In this document: piece after piece, positions 63,346 through 64,000 of the stretch
Layout: every line of letters starts with the position of its first letter
Numbering within the stretch: the first letter of the stretch is position 1
DNA from: Scyliorhinus canicula
Taxonomy: Eukaryota
Direction of reading: 5' to 3'
Assembly (NCBI RefSeq): GCF_902713615.1
Contig: NW_024055494.1
Coordinates: forward strand, 1-64,000
Length of the DNA stretch: 64,000 nucleotides
The notes under the pieces: generated by a model
Database searches by the model: none
The model's input: only the letters and a program-made list of their open reading frames with translations
What the model was told of the DNA's origin: nothing
Made by a program: the position numbers and the translations under genes

Positions 63346-63654
63346 TTCAATGTGGGTTTTGAGGAGAGATTTAGCCTGCTGCTGCTGAGTAGACTGAACA
63401 CTGGTTCTGAAATACTGTCACACTGATCCAAATCCTCCCAGCCAATCCAGAGTTCCAGATTTAAGTAGAATTATTTAAATAAAAAAATATGTACCATTTA
63501 ATTTCTTTACACTTGGGTCAGCAAACCCGGTCACACAAACTACAAGAGATAGTCTTTGAGATTAATTATTCCTTTAATGTCTGTGTTGTTCTGAATGTTG
63601 ACAGTATTAACCTTCTCCCTAACCTGCGCTTACCCTTCTTTAGGATCATTCTAA

Positions 63655-64000
63655 AAATGTTTAACTAACTTGCTGGAGTTTTTTGAGGCGCTAACAAAAG
63701 GCGTTGATGAGGGTAATGCGACAGATGTGGTGTACATGGACTTTCAAAAGACATTTGATACAATGCCACACAACAGACTTGTGAGCAAAGCTATAGCTCA
63801 TGGAATAAAAGAAACAGGAGCAACATGGATACAATATTGGCCGAGTAATAGGAAACAGAGAGGACTGGTCAATGGATATTTTTGGGGGCTGGAGGAAGAG
63901 TTTAGTCGCGTTCCCCAGAGGGTGGTATTGGGACACCTGCTTTTCTTGATATATATCGATGATCTAGACGTTGGTGTACAGGGAACAATTTCAAAGTTTG
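63655..64000 (+). mobile_element. CR1 RT fragment running off the window
   Basis: CLTNLLEFFE..VDEGNATDVVYMDFQKTFD..PH.RL, VPQRVVLG. Confidence 0.85.

Overview
Vertebrate nuclear DNA, almost certainly from a shark or other elasmobranch. This is inferred from HE1/V-SINE-like tRNA-derived SINEs that share a CR1 tail; I cannot fix the species. The window is a transposon-saturated cluster of C2H2 zinc-finger genes whose coding sequence lies in a single exon. Seven open arrays carry 7-12 fingers (8613-9287, 17968-18837, 23297-23908, 28669-29349, 39046-40080, 49156-49830, 57086-57955). There is also one frameshifted array (2899-3767), one SINE-disrupted pseudogene, decayed 3' finger tails and orphan leader exons. 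No KRAB, SCAN or BTB exon is visible, and in-frame stops just upstream of the ATG argue that the proteins are finger-only. Each gene is a copy of one cassette: a promoter module (CCAAT boxes, TGATTGAC(A/G)G-N10-CCAAT, an inverted repeat TGGAGGACC..GGTCCTCCA, an NRF1 site), a YY1-containing non-coding leader, a conserved splice acceptor, and the finger exon. Between genes lie L1, Tx1, CR1, L2, Rex1/Babar and Penelope remnants, GC-rich MITE-like elements and more than 30 SINE copies built from swappable heads and tails. The Penelope termini carry minimal hammerhead ribozymes, including a U3-A8 core variant. Repeat boundaries are by eye and approximate (tens of bp).
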